Source: a virus
Length of the DNA stretch: 64,000 bases
Virus genome (UHGV): UHGV-0236300
Reading direction: 5' to 3' (one strand)
A program made the position numbers and the translations under genes. Positions 37,467-47,629 of this stretch are shown here, one piece after another (position 1 is the stretch's first letter; each line of letters begins with the position of its first letter). The notes under the pieces were generated by a model, which did not search any database, was not told the DNA's origin, and was given only the letters and a program-made list of their open reading frames with translations.

Positions 37467-38516
37467 TTAAGCTTCTTCGACAATTCCTGCGCCCAGGATT
37501 TTTTCATTGAGCTCTTTTGCTGTTTTAATAATATTGTCAACCAGACGCTTGCGGGTCTTATCTTTAACCTGAACTTCTTCACCTCCGTTCAGGGTGGTTT
37601 TCAATTGGGACAAAATGTCCTGAAGCTCTACCACAGAGAATCGCTGCAGATCTTCCGAGGTAATCTCACCCAGTGCAATCTTAACGGTCTCACCACTCTC
37701 CATCTGCAGATTCAGGAACACAGTGTGAACATCACCTTTCATACCATTTGCTTTTGCAGACTCAACAGCATGAACCAGCTCGTCCAGAGATGTGCATTGG
37801 TGAATCTCTGGCAAACCTGCTTCACCTAGCACACCTTCTTCATCACTTTTTGCCAAAAGCTTTTTCGGTTTCTGTCCATTCTGAATGTGCTGAATGTTTT
37901 CATCGTCCAGAATGATAGCACCAGTTCGAGATGCCAGCTCTTCTCCATCCAACCACACTTCGCCACCAGCTGTGATGGATGCGATCTCATCTTCTGTCAG
38001 AACCCCACCGTAGTATTTTTCAATCAGGCGTTCAAAACGTTTCTTCCAGTAGTTAACCTGGGTATTCATGTTCACACCGTTGCCATAGGTGCCACCTTGA
38101 TAGTAGTGGAACATAAACTCTGTGTCCGGAGCCACAGTTCGTTCTTTGCACCCCAGCCATAAGATTGTTCCTGCTGAGCAGCACATCCCTTCAGCGTGTA
38201 CAACAACGCTTGCCTGAGACTCGCGAAATGCCTGCAAATACGCCATAGCAATGTGAACGCAACCACCAGGGCTGTTAATGATTACACGGATACTTTCTTC
38301 TGGCTGTGCCATACGAATTGTTTGCAAACGTGACATATGATCCTGCAAGTCTTCAAGATCGTCAATATAAAGGACGTGGTCAACAACTGGCGTTGGGTAG
38401 CTATATGTTTCCATAATACCACCAGGCATACCGAACATTTTATTACTCATCGGTTCGAAGCCGTTCTGTTTTTCTTTCATACCGTGTACCATGGTGCTAC
38501 GAGGTGTTAAATTCAT
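37467..38516 (-). CDS. ClpP-like serine protease with N- and C-terminal extensions
   Basis: VIINSPGG, catalytic-Ser context GMCCSAGT, His context MFHYYQGG, Asp context VWLDGEEL in ClpP order; C-terminal ~130 aa helical extension. Confidence 0.6.
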   Translation of the reverse strand: MNLTPRSTMVHGMKEKQNGFEPMSNKMFGMPGGIMETYSYPTPVVDHVLYIDDLEDLQDHMSRLQTIRMAQPEESIRVIINSPGGCVHIAMAYLQAFRESQASVVVHAEGMCCSAGTILWLGCKERTVAPDTEFMFHYYQGGTYGNGVNMNTQVNYWKKRFERLIEKYYGGVLTEDEIASITAGGEVWLDGEELASRTGAIILDDENIQHIQNGQKPKKLLAKSDEEGVLGEAGLPEIHQCTSLDELVHAVESAKANGMKGDVHTVFLNLQMESGETVKIALGEITSEDLQRFSVVELQDILSQLKTTLNGGEEVQVKDKTRKRLVDNIIKTAKELNEKILGAGIVEEA

Positions 38517-38577
38517 GTGAGGTCCTTAATGTTGGAAAGTTAAAAGCGATCTATTTAAACCTGATTATCATTTACCT

Positions 38578-38889
38578 TTATTTAGCAATTACCATGGAAT
38601 ACTTACAATTGTCAGAAGCATCACAGGTCAACGATTGCCAGTCTACAACATACCACGTATCATTGTCAACAATTACTTTATCGCCTGTTCTGTAAAAGGT
38701 GTTGCTTTCAATAACACGAGACTCAGTGAAGAATCGGTGTCTCCGCTCACGCAGTAGTGCTAAGTTGATTATATTACCACCGCTGTCCTTAATCCACACA
38801 TTCTTGTATCCTTTGTTTGCCAAAATTGTCTCGCCGTTATAGACAAATAGGCAGTATATTTTATTCAGTCTCTCTTGTATTGTAGCCAT
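38578..38889 (-). CDS. hypothetical protein
   Basis: RBS AAGGAGAATG. Confidence 0.5.
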   Translation of the reverse strand: MATIQERLNKIYCLFVYNGETILANKGYKNVWIKDSGGNIINLALLRERRHRFFTESRVIESNTFYRTGDKVIVDNDTWYVVDWQSLTCDASDNCKYSMVIAK

Positions 38890-38914
38890 ACTGTCATTCT
38901 CCTTGCCTTGTTCG

Positions 38915-38943
38915 ATAATATCTAAAACTTATCCGTTTGTCAA
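38915..38943 (-). promoter_or_regulatory. sigma70-like promoter
   Basis: Minus-strand TTGACA, 17-nt spacer, TATTAT. Confidence 0.5.
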
Positions 38944-38988
38944 CAATTGTTTTAGGTATTTAAGGGTGGAATAAACCACCCTTTTGTA

Positions 38989-39777
38989 TTACTCGGAAAC
39001 AGGGGTCCAAATATGATTTGCACGATCCTCAATGAGATTGAGTGCAATCTGACGACCCAACCCGGAACGAACAACATCGTCTGGACTATCAAAGCTGATC
39101 ATTCCGACCTCAGGATCTGGATGGCGAGTAAAGAAATCCGTAACCCACGCAAGGCCAGATTTACCAGGAATGTCACGTTGGCTGTTATCGCCCATAATTA
39201 CAAGGGTTGCCTGATCAGAGATCCTTGTGATGATTGACAACATCTCTTCAGGGTTGGTTTGCTGTGCTTCATCAATAAGGACAAAGCATCGTTCATCAAA
39301 ACTACGACCACGAATGCTTTCAACCTCACAAATCTCGATACGGCTGTTCTGACCATCCCCAAGCATTGCTGCAAAAGCACCTTTGCCGACACGTTTGCAA
39401 ATCGTGTCCATCATACTGCGAAGGTAAGGCCACAGTTTCTGCATTGCATTTCCAGGTTTAAATCCTGAAGTCTTTCCTGTTTGAACGTAAGGGCGTGCAA
39501 CAATGATCTTATCAATCTCGTTCTTACGCAAAAGATCACCTGCATATGCGGATGCCATGAATGTCTTACCGGATCCAAACACACCGTTTACAATAATAAT
39601 CTTACGCGATCCTAGATAATCAAGATACTTTTGCTGCTTTTTGTTCATTGGTCTAAGAGCTGGAGCTGTGTGCTCTCGTTCGTCAGCAAATTTCTCAGCA
39701 GCCTTACGCAGGCGATCAGATTTGCGAGCCTCTCTGGCTTCATCACGCATGCGTTTTGTTTCTTTAGCTCGACCCAT
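38989..39777 (-). CDS. phoH: PhoH-like ATPase
   Basis: Walker A GVFGSGKTF; VLIDEAQQ; GDNSQRD; RBS AAAGGAG. Confidence 0.8.
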   Translation of the reverse strand: MGRAKETKRMRDEAREARKSDRLRKAAEKFADEREHTAPALRPMNKKQQKYLDYLGSRKIIIVNGVFGSGKTFMASAYAGDLLRKNEIDKIIVARPYVQTGKTSGFKPGNAMQKLWPYLRSMMDTICKRVGKGAFAAMLGDGQNSRIEICEVESIRGRSFDERCFVLIDEAQQTNPEEMLSIITRISDQATLVIMGDNSQRDIPGKSGLAWVTDFFTRHPDPEVGMISFDSPDDVVRSGLGRQIALNLIEDRANHIWTPVSE

Positions 39778-39815
39778 GTTGGGACTCCTTTCAGATTGAG
39801 ATGTGTCAAGGACTT

Positions 39816-40166
39816 TTACTGCAACAGTTTTTCAATAGCCGCTTCCATGCTGCTTGCAACAGCCTGAACTCGGATATTCATCTCTTCTTGGCGGATCAGC
39901 TCCTTAAGCTCTTTAACGGTAAATTCTTTAGAGAAACCTTCCACCATAATCTTGTGCAAGGCTTCTTGCGTGTCTACTTGCAAGAACTTTTCCAGTTTGT
40001 TGGCAGAGGCCTCTAAATCGGCCCGAATACGTGGGTCATCTGTTCGGTTCAGCATTAGGCGTAAGCCATCAAGATTGGTAGAAATAGCGTCTGCATGTTG
40101 AGTAACCAACCGTGGCAAAATGAGATCTACAAACTTACTGGCTAAATCAATACGCTCTTGTGTCAC
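39816..40166 (-). CDS. hypothetical protein
   Basis: GTG start overlapping stop of upstream small basic ORF. Confidence 0.45.
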   Translation of the reverse strand: MTQERIDLASKFVDLILPRLVTQHADAISTNLDGLRLMLNRTDDPRIRADLEASANKLEKFLQVDTQEALHKIMVEGFSKEFTVKELKELIRQEEMNIRVQAVASSMEAAIEKLLQ

Positions 40167-40276
40167 TGTTGCACCCCCTCTTCATCTTCATGATATTTCT
40201 TTTCACGCTTGTGTTTTTTCTTAAGCTCAAGCGCAATCTCTTTCTTGTACGCCTTCTTCAAGGCTTTTTTAGCCAT
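40163..40276 (-). CDS. small lysine-rich basic protein (37 aa)
   Basis: RBS GGAGGTG; MAKKALKKAYKKEIALELKKKHKREKKYHEDEEGVQQ. Confidence 0.35.
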   Translation of the reverse strand: MAKKALKKAYKKEIALELKKKHKREKKYHEDEEGVQQ

Positions 40277-40338
40277 TTGGCACCTCCTCTGCTTTCATTA
40301 TGATAATTATAACCAACTTATCAAAGCTTTGTCAACGA

Positions 40339-40812
40339 TTAGTCAACCTGAACCCAACCGCCTGCTACCTTTTTAAACATTCTTTGGTTATCGCTGCCTC
40401 GGAATGGTTTCTTTGTTGGTAAATCTTTTACATACTTTCCATCAATGACGATATCAGCCAGTTTAAGAACATCACTAGAGATATGCTCAAATGTGAACCC
40501 AGTATACACAAGAATAGTTTTCTTGTCACCAAACTTTTCCTTAATTCTCCTCATAAGGTCTATAATACCTGGCTCATTATAAGGAGCCAAAGGCTCTCCA
40601 CCAAGTAAAGAAATACCGCATACAGATTCATTGTCTAAATCCGACAAAATTTTCTGCAAATCTTCTTCGGTGAACTCCCTTCCTTTATCTTTTGACCAAA
40701 ATGCTTGATTAAAGCAACCAGGACAAGCGTGTGGGCACCCAGATACCCACAAAGCTGTCCTAATGCCTGGCCCCTCGGTGTAAGATATCTCTGTATACCC
40801 GACAATATTCAT
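40339..40812 (-). CDS. nrdG: anaerobic ribonucleotide reductase activating protein (radical SAM)
   Basis: CPHACPGC cysteine cluster; T4 NrdG-like length; start taken at MNIVGY. Confidence 0.8.
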   Translation of the reverse strand: MNIVGYTEISYTEGPGIRTALWVSGCPHACPGCFNQAFWSKDKGREFTEEDLQKILSDLDNESVCGISLLGGEPLAPYNEPGIIDLMRRIKEKFGDKKTILVYTGFTFEHISSDVLKLADIVIDGKYVKDLPTKKPFRGSDNQRMFKKVAGGWVQVD

Positions 40813-40925
40813 ACGTACTCCGCATCGCATTTAGGACAATGCCAAATAAAATCGTCCAGTGCCTTACACCAACGAAGATTGCAATGACAACCACACTTGC
40901 AAATTTTATAAATACCTGTAGACAT
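40809..40925 (-). CDS. small Cys-rich zinc-ribbon protein (38 aa) between nrdD and nrdG
   Basis: RBS AGGAGG 6 nt before ATG; MSTGIYKICKCGCHCNLRWCKALDDFIWHCPKCDAEYV; stop overlaps nrdG start (ATGA). Confidence 0.5.
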   Translation of the reverse strand: MSTGIYKICKCGCHCNLRWCKALDDFIWHCPKCDAEYV

Positions 40926-40988
40926 ATTGCACCTCCTAGTTTACTGTGTGACAACAATATGCCACATCCTTGTGACTTTTGTCAAGTA

Positions 40989-43109
40989 TCAGCAACCACA
41001 ACTTCCGTAGTGCTTAACCCGTTCTATAACCTCAGCCTGCTTACCCTTATTGTAAGGGCGGGAGTTTGGACTAGACAGATACCCGGATACGCGTCTGATC
41101 ACACTGATCGTTCCTTCTTCATGGTTTCCACACTCTGGGCATACAAAGCCTTTAGCTGTTGCACTGAACTCGCCAGAGAATCCACACTTAAGACATTTAT
41201 CCACAGGCTGGTTAATACCAAAATACATAATGTGTTTATACCCGAAATCGACAAGAGCTTCTAAAGCATCTAAGTTGTTTTTCAGGTTAGGTGTTTCTAT
41301 GTATCCAATGTTGCCGCCAGAAGAGATCATAGCAAAACCTTCCTCATACTTCCACTTGTCAAAAGGTGAGCTATTGATCCACACGGGTTGGTGGAAACTG
41401 TTGGTAAGGTATTCGTGCTCGTGCTTCAACACTTCAGGATATTCACGATCTAGACATGTTGCAGCCTTATAGCACAAGCTCTCTGAAGGAGTGCCGTACA
41501 AGCTGAATGCCAGACCACTTTCTTTTTTGTACCGATCACAAGCATCTTTCATGTGTTGAAGGATCCCAAGAGCTAAGGACTTGTCTCCCTCTCTGCCTAA
41601 AATCTGGCAGGTTTCATACACACCAATATACCCAATACTTATGGAAGCATACCCGTCATAGAAGAGTTTATCAATACTCTCTTCAGGATCCAGGCGAGCA
41701 AGGGCCCCTTCACACCACATGATGGGGTTCTGCCCTGCCTTTGTTCCTTTTAGACGGTTAACTCTTACAAGGTGAGCCTCGTATGCCAGATCCAAGTACT
41801 CGTCAAGAACTGCAAAGAAATCAACACCTTCCGTTTTAGCTTTTGCCGCAATCATTGGTAGGTTAAGGCTAACAACACCCAAGTTGAATCTGCCAAGGTA
41901 TTTTTCATCACCCTCCGAGGTAACGTATTTGCCAAGGAACGACCTACATCCCATGCTTGTTACTTTGCCATCTGTTGAACCTGTCACTTTACGATTTAGC
42001 GGAACAGAAACAAAGTCAGGATAAATCCGCTCTGCAGAGCATTCTAGGGCCAATCGTTTCAAATCATAGTTAGGATCCCCAGGGTTCATGTTGACACCAT
42101 CTTCTAAGAAGAACAGCACTTTAGGGAACACAGGCGTGATCCGTTCTTCACCAAGACCCATTTTGTGGACTTTCAAGTAGTTTTTGGTAATCATTCTACC
42201 AAAGACCGAAGTATCCAGCCCTAAACTTAATGTGATGAATGGGGTTTGCCCGTTGACAGAAGTTAACGTATTGATTTGGTAGAGCAAAGTTTGCATACTA
42301 TCAAACACGTCTTTATCGGTCATTTGCATTGCAACAGTCTCAGCATCTGGCAACCAATGTTCCTGACAAAATTTAAGGTTCTTCTCATAAGTTGCTTCAG
42401 CATATTGTGCCAGATAATGATCAATATGGCTCATAGTTTGACCACCATATTGAGCACTAGCTACTGCACTAGAGATTTGACTAAGGATTGTTGTTGCAAC
42501 CCCTATTGACTTCGGCTTACTGACATGGGCGTTGCCAATGTTGAATCCGTTTTCCAGCATATCCGGATAATTTACCAAACAACAGTTTGTTAACGGACTG
42601 ATCAGGTAGTCAAGATCATGCACATGGATGAAGCCCTTGTTGTGCTCTTCTGAGACACGATCTGGCAGGATCTGTGTTGATGCAAGGTGTTTGCTAAGGA
42701 TGCCTGCAAGCAGGTCACGATGAGTGTGTACATGATTAGTAGGCTTATTTGCGTTTTCTTTTGTAAATTCATCACAAGTACGATCCAAAAAGCCACTAAT
42801 ATCTGCAAGCAGTTTTCCACCTGCCTCTCTGTTATTATCTCTTGTCTGTCTATACTGGATGTATTCTCTGGCTGCACATTTTAAACCCATATCCATAAGA
42901 GCATCTTCAACAAGGATATGGATATTTTTTACAGAGATCGTGCACTGGTCGGTTGGCAGATTGTTGGCAACAACTTCATTAACCGCGCAGGCAATCCGGT
43001 AAGCTTCTTCTTCAGTATGCCCAGACTCAAGTAAGGCGGACTCTGCCGCCTTGATCACCTTAATTCCGTTATAAAACTCTTCTCTACCGTCCCGTTTTAC
43101 AACTTTCAC
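40989..43109 (-). CDS. nrdD: anaerobic ribonucleoside-triphosphate reductase
   Basis: Collinear with T4 NrdD as recalled; C-terminal Cys cluster and glycyl-radical-like RRVSGYL; GTG start overlapping upstream stop. Confidence 0.85.
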   Translation of the reverse strand: MKVVKRDGREEFYNGIKVIKAAESALLESGHTEEEAYRIACAVNEVVANNLPTDQCTISVKNIHILVEDALMDMGLKCAAREYIQYRQTRDNNREAGGKLLADISGFLDRTCDEFTKENANKPTNHVHTHRDLLAGILSKHLASTQILPDRVSEEHNKGFIHVHDLDYLISPLTNCCLVNYPDMLENGFNIGNAHVSKPKSIGVATTILSQISSAVASAQYGGQTMSHIDHYLAQYAEATYEKNLKFCQEHWLPDAETVAMQMTDKDVFDSMQTLLYQINTLTSVNGQTPFITLSLGLDTSVFGRMITKNYLKVHKMGLGEERITPVFPKVLFFLEDGVNMNPGDPNYDLKRLALECSAERIYPDFVSVPLNRKVTGSTDGKVTSMGCRSFLGKYVTSEGDEKYLGRFNLGVVSLNLPMIAAKAKTEGVDFFAVLDEYLDLAYEAHLVRVNRLKGTKAGQNPIMWCEGALARLDPEESIDKLFYDGYASISIGYIGVYETCQILGREGDKSLALGILQHMKDACDRYKKESGLAFSLYGTPSESLCYKAATCLDREYPEVLKHEHEYLTNSFHQPVWINSSPFDKWKYEEGFAMISSGGNIGYIETPNLKNNLDALEALVDFGYKHIMYFGINQPVDKCLKCGFSGEFSATAKGFVCPECGNHEEGTISVIRRVSGYLSSPNSRPYNKGKQAEVIERVKHYGSCGC

Positions 43110-43384
43110 TTTTTCTCTCCAAAACCATTCTTAACAAAAGAGATGAAATCGTCAGCACCACCTATGTGGAGACTGTCAAGGTTGCTTTCCAAGAAGATCT
43201 GAGGCAACGTTCTAGGAACAAATGGGCTACACTTCTCGATAAGCTCTTCTTTTGTGTATCCTTCACCCAGCGTCTTGTATACGAAAGGTATGCCTTTGCT
43301 GACTGCAAATTCTTTTGCTCTTACACAATGTGGGCAGTTATCCTTGCCGTAAATGATGATGAAAAAAGATTTTTCGCAGCTCAT
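43106..43384 (-). CDS. glutaredoxin/thioredoxin-like protein (T4 NrdC-like)
   Basis: Redox motif CPHC; HIGGADDF segment. Confidence 0.75.
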   Translation of the reverse strand: MSCEKSFFIIIYGKDNCPHCVRAKEFAVSKGIPFVYKTLGEGYTKEELIEKCSPFVPRTLPQIFLESNLDSLHIGGADDFISFVKNGFGEKK

Positions 43385-43387
43385 ATA

Positions 43388-44476
43388 TTAAAACTCCCAA
43401 ATTTCTTCTTCAGCGTCGTTAACAGTTGTGTTGACGCGGTAGTCAGTGTTAGACATTTCCTGGTTAGCCGTCTGTTGCAGTGAAGGTTTCATCCACACCT
43501 GCATAAACGGTAGCGGGTCTTTTGTTGGCGGCACAAAGTCTTTGTCGATATTGTAGTAATCATAAATCGGTGAGCAGTTATAGTCAACCCATTCTTTAAG
43601 TAATGGTGAGTTAAGACCTATAATTGCTCTTCCTTCGCTGAAAATATAGTCACTCCAACCGTACTCCTTGATTCGCACTTCGTCAAGAATTTCTTTTAAC
43701 TCACCCTTAATCTCAAGAAAGCTTTGCTCCCATGCAGGGTCATCAAGCAGGATATCGATGATAGCAAAATCACCTTTCGAATGCAGCATTTCATCAAGCA
43801 TAATTTTTTGAACGAGTTGTGCAACTTGAACAAAAATACCTTGCTCAGCTACTGCGAACGTACATGCAAAACTTGCAATAAACTCAATACTCTCTAGAGC
43901 TAAAAGTGCAAAAAGTGCTCTAAGGATACATTTCCGTACAACATCTTCTTCAACACTGGAAGGATCCAGTCGGTATTTTGCACCAATAACCTCAAGCTCT
44001 TGCATATATTTGACAATAACTCCAGACCTGCTCAGCACGTTCTGGTTTTCCTGAATCTCTTCTATAATCTCACGAGCATTAGGAAGGCATTGTCTAACAA
44101 TCTCTGAGTAAGTTAGTGCATGAAGAACCTCAATCTCAGACTGCTTCATCAACAAGGTGAAAAGTTCACTATTGGTGATAAATGGTGAAAACAGACAAAT
44201 GATAGATCTTGCTGCAACACTGTCTGCCTCCCATTGCCACATCAGTGTCTGCACCATCACATCGTAAGTTGACTTTGAGCATGTTACGAAATCCGAAATA
44301 GACTGTGACAGATCTACTTCGTCCTCTGCCCAATCTTGTTCTTTTTGTTTTTTGTATAGTTCAAACAGCTGTGGGTACTTTTTGTTAATAGAGTCGTACA
44401 TCCCCATCTGCTGTCCTAAAAACAGTGGATAATCACCAGTTTTATGAGCAGTGTTCTCAGTATTAAATACAGCCAT
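43388..44476 (-). CDS. nrdB: ribonucleotide reductase class I beta subunit
   Basis: Ferritin-like E..H pairs (EIEVLHALTYSE, DEMLH); start at MAVFNTEN after AGAGGTAG. Confidence 0.8.
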   Translation of the reverse strand: MAVFNTENTAHKTGDYPLFLGQQMGMYDSINKKYPQLFELYKKQKEQDWAEDEVDLSQSISDFVTCSKSTYDVMVQTLMWQWEADSVAARSIICLFSPFITNSELFTLLMKQSEIEVLHALTYSEIVRQCLPNAREIIEEIQENQNVLSRSGVIVKYMQELEVIGAKYRLDPSSVEEDVVRKCILRALFALLALESIEFIASFACTFAVAEQGIFVQVAQLVQKIMLDEMLHSKGDFAIIDILLDDPAWEQSFLEIKGELKEILDEVRIKEYGWSDYIFSEGRAIIGLNSPLLKEWVDYNCSPIYDYYNIDKDFVPPTKDPLPFMQVWMKPSLQQTANQEMSNTDYRVNTTVNDAEEEIWEF

Positions 44477-44488
44477 TATTCTACCTCT

Positions 44489-44510
44489 AAAATGGGGCCG
44501 AAGCCCCTTT
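44489..44510 (-). terminator. intergenic hairpin between nrdA and nrdB (partial terminator or stability element)
   Basis: GGGGC TTCG GCCCC flanked by A-run and T-run. Confidence 0.4.
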
Positions 44511-44516
44511 TTTAAA

Positions 44517-46832
44517 TTACAGTGCACAACTTTCGCAATATGGATCTTCAACTGAACTATCTGCAATCAAAGGATAGTTCTTTCTGGTTTCATCTTCAGC
44601 CTGTTTCTTCGCGTGAAGCTCCTCTGTCAAAGAGTCACCAGCACCAACCCGAGAGTTTAAGTAATACCATGTCTTCATCCCGAATTTAGTAGCACGGATA
44701 AGATACCCCAGCTGCTCCTTCATTGAAATTTTACCATCTTTCAACTTGGTGTAATCAATATATAGGTCAGCACTGATTGCCTGTCCTGTGAATTTTTGAA
44801 TCACAGCATACATATCAATCATGTCGTTAGTATCAACGTCCCAAGCCGAGGTATAATACTCTTTCAGTTCATCATATTCAGGAACGATAAACAGCACCTG
44901 TCCTTGTGGCGACTTTTTAAAGATAATGTGCTCACGGACAGGATAAACCCCGTTAGTGGTGTTTGTTGCCAGCGAAGAGCTTTCATTAGGCATATATGCT
45001 TCAAGAACGCTATTACGTAGCCCACCATTTTCAATGATTTCTTTACGTAACCCTTCCCAATCCTGCTTAAGAGAAGGATCTTTCACCACACTATCGACCT
45101 CTTTGTTATAGGTGTCGATTGGTAACCAACCATCCGGGTATTTTGTTTTATGCATCCACTCACAGACACCACGCTCTTTTGCCAATCGTAAACTTGCCTT
45201 ATGCAAGCTGTAGCTGTGGAGCTCTGCAAGATCGTGAACAAGCTGTTTACTTTCAGGAGACCCGTAAGCAACCTTGTGGCTGGCAATAAAATGTGCAACA
45301 TTGGTAAGGCCAACCCCGATGGATCTGCGTTTTTTAACAGTGCTCTCCATATTTTCATACGGATATGTCATGATTTCCATAACATTGTCAATCATAAGCA
45401 CAGTGTAGTATGCAACATCCTCATACTCCTCTGGGGTAACCCTTCCAGCTACAAGAGATGACAGGAAGCACAATGCAACTTCGCCATCATCAACATCGTA
45501 CTTGAAGATATTACGCATATCTGAATAGCCTTTTGTCGGGAGGGCTATTTCTGCACACAGGTTACTTGAATAGATCACATCTTTAAAAGGTGTATGTCTA
45601 TTCATCTCATCTGTCCAGTATACGTACAGCCTGCCAACCTCGGTACGCTGCGTGATCAGTTCAACAGCAAGGTCTCTAGCACGGATCCATGTTTTAGGAA
45701 TGCTGTCATCTTTAGCAATACGATCAACCTCTGCATCAAACTCCTCCATAGACATGGTGAAGATACCCTCATGCAGTTGAGGCGCGTGCTTATAAGAAAC
45801 AAGCATCCAATCTAAATTCTTAGCCACACGGTTGATAAACGACCTATTAATACCTATAGAGTAATCCATGGTGTTGATTCTTTTTGAAGCAACAGTCATA
45901 GGGTTTCTCAAACGGATTAGCTCATCAATCTGCGGGTCCAGTGCAAGGAATGATACTGTTGCAGAACCGCCACGTGATTGTTGTCTGTTCTCCTTAACCC
46001 CAGCATCAATACCTCGATAATATGGAATCTTGCCCATATGTTTAATAGTGTTACCACGAACACCATCACCTGCAGATCTTGATGATAAATAGTATCCAAT
46101 ACCTGCTTGGTTAACCGTCATTGTGTATGCAACTTCACGTGCCACACCAATAGATTTTGCTGTATCGTCAGCTTTTATTACACAACAAGATGCATACCCT
46201 GTCTTGCCTGTGCGTAGACCGTTTAAGTACGGTGTCGGGGCATTGATCTTTAAGTCTGACAGATAAGTGTATAATTTTACAACATCGTCAATACGGCGTT
46301 CTTTCGGCATATTTTTCATGACAGCCATCGCTATCCCCATAAACATCATCTGTGGAGATTCGAACAGGGTGTCTTTAAGAGTATCCTTGATCCCGTATTT
46401 GTCTCGAAACTGTTTAAGGACTGCATAGCCATAACCAAGGTCTTTACTGTGATCAATAACAGTGTCTAAAGTGTTTAACTCGGTAAAGCTATAACCCATA
46501 TCCTCCCAATACCCTTTATCAACCATGGTATTGTAAAATGATGGTAAGGAAGGGATCTTTGTGAATCCTCCAAAAGCCTCTTTATAAATCTGACCGATAA
46601 GAACACGACCAGCCATACGAGAATGTGCTTCGTCCTTACGGCTAACACAGGAGTCTATAATAGCTTGGTTAACTTCTTTGGTTGTGCATCCATCATACAG
46701 CCGTTTGTATGCATCAAGTGCAATATGTGACCAATTGCCGTTACCGTCGTCACCGAAAATAGCTGCCTTATTTAAACGTTCCGGATCGAATGCCACTTCA
46801 CATCCGTTGCTTTTAATTACCTTAGTGATCAA
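44517..46832 (-). CDS. nrdA: ribonucleotide reductase class I alpha subunit
   Basis: Active-site NLCAEIALPT; C-terminal CESCAL; TTG start after GGAGGA, overlapping upstream stop. Confidence 0.85.
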   Translation of the reverse strand: MITKVIKSNGCEVAFDPERLNKAAIFGDDGNGNWSHIALDAYKRLYDGCTTKEVNQAIIDSCVSRKDEAHSRMAGRVLIGQIYKEAFGGFTKIPSLPSFYNTMVDKGYWEDMGYSFTELNTLDTVIDHSKDLGYGYAVLKQFRDKYGIKDTLKDTLFESPQMMFMGIAMAVMKNMPKERRIDDVVKLYTYLSDLKINAPTPYLNGLRTGKTGYASCCVIKADDTAKSIGVAREVAYTMTVNQAGIGYYLSSRSAGDGVRGNTIKHMGKIPYYRGIDAGVKENRQQSRGGSATVSFLALDPQIDELIRLRNPMTVASKRINTMDYSIGINRSFINRVAKNLDWMLVSYKHAPQLHEGIFTMSMEEFDAEVDRIAKDDSIPKTWIRARDLAVELITQRTEVGRLYVYWTDEMNRHTPFKDVIYSSNLCAEIALPTKGYSDMRNIFKYDVDDGEVALCFLSSLVAGRVTPEEYEDVAYYTVLMIDNVMEIMTYPYENMESTVKKRRSIGVGLTNVAHFIASHKVAYGSPESKQLVHDLAELHSYSLHKASLRLAKERGVCEWMHKTKYPDGWLPIDTYNKEVDSVVKDPSLKQDWEGLRKEIIENGGLRNSVLEAYMPNESSSLATNTTNGVYPVREHIIFKKSPQGQVLFIVPEYDELKEYYTSAWDVDTNDMIDMYAVIQKFTGQAISADLYIDYTKLKDGKISMKEQLGYLIRATKFGMKTWYYLNSRVGAGDSLTEELHAKKQAEDETRKNYPLIADSSVEDPYCESCAL

Positions 46833-47059
46833 TTTGCTTCCTCCACTTCATCAACGTATTTATCAAGGCAGGTATCAGTATCTTGTTGGGTAAAGGTATC
46901 CTCTTCTACAGAGATATTTATAATTTTACCTGTATACTCGTCATAATAAACATCATCATACATTTTAATATCGTTTGTCAGGCCATTGAACCAAAGCCAA
47001 CCAACATATTCTGCCCGACTTGCAAAACCAAGATCCTTCCACTTGGAGTTATGACTCAT
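46829..47059 (-). CDS. hypothetical protein
   Basis: ATG after AAGGTGG. Confidence 0.45.
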   Translation of the reverse strand: MSHNSKWKDLGFASRAEYVGWLWFNGLTNDIKMYDDVYYDEYTGKIINISVEEDTFTQQDTDTCLDKYVDEVEEAN

Positions 47060-47069
47060 CTTCACCACC

Positions 47070-47531
47070 TTAGCTTTCAATACCGAATAATTTTTCCAGG
47101 AGATGCAGATCTTCAAAATTGAAAGGTTCATCAACAATATGAATATCTTCAGCCTTTTCAGATTGTTTTGTATACTTTCTTACATTAACACGATCTTCTA
47201 CAGGGATATCATATGGAAGATCTTGAACAAGCATTGTCTCACCGGGTGCTTTATCTACATCGAGAATATCTACACCATTATACATTTGTGGGTATCTAAA
47301 GTCTGCACGCATGACACCAGCAAATACATCGGCCTTTCGATAATGAGTTGGTTTATTTTTGCATCTAACGTTTTTTCCACGAAGAACATCAATATTTTTT
47401 AAATCAAACCCTACGGCAAAGAGTGCAGCTCGAAGACCGTTTCGTGTGCGAACGTTAAACCCGGGAACGGTAGATAGGAAATCTAAAGTAACTGAAATAA
47501 ATGTCTTTTTAGGAATCATAACATCACTCAT
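47070..47531 (-). CDS. hypothetical protein in nucleotide-metabolism cluster
   Basis: ATG after AAGGGAGA; no confident motif match. Confidence 0.45.
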   Translation of the reverse strand: MSDVMIPKKTFISVTLDFLSTVPGFNVRTRNGLRAALFAVGFDLKNIDVLRGKNVRCKNKPTHYRKADVFAGVMRADFRYPQMYNGVDILDVDKAPGETMLVQDLPYDIPVEDRVNVRKYTKQSEKAEDIHIVDEPFNFEDLHLLEKLFGIES

Positions 47532-47629
47532 ATCTGTCTCCCTTTCTGGCTCACCAACAAAGTGAGCCACTATTATAGATTATCTAATGCTATTAGTCAA
47601 CACAAAAGTTACCTATCGCTGTGATAGGC

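Noticed and set aside
38963-38982. Hairpin AGGGTGG/CCACCCT downstream of phoH as a minus-strand terminator
   Set aside because: The U-rich tract is on the plus-strand side, not after the hairpin on the minus transcript; function unclear, so not listed
40839-41722. Plus-strand ORFs overlapping nrdD/nrdG
   Set aside because: Antisense to well-supported nrdD; no RBS and repetitive, Cys/His-rich translations
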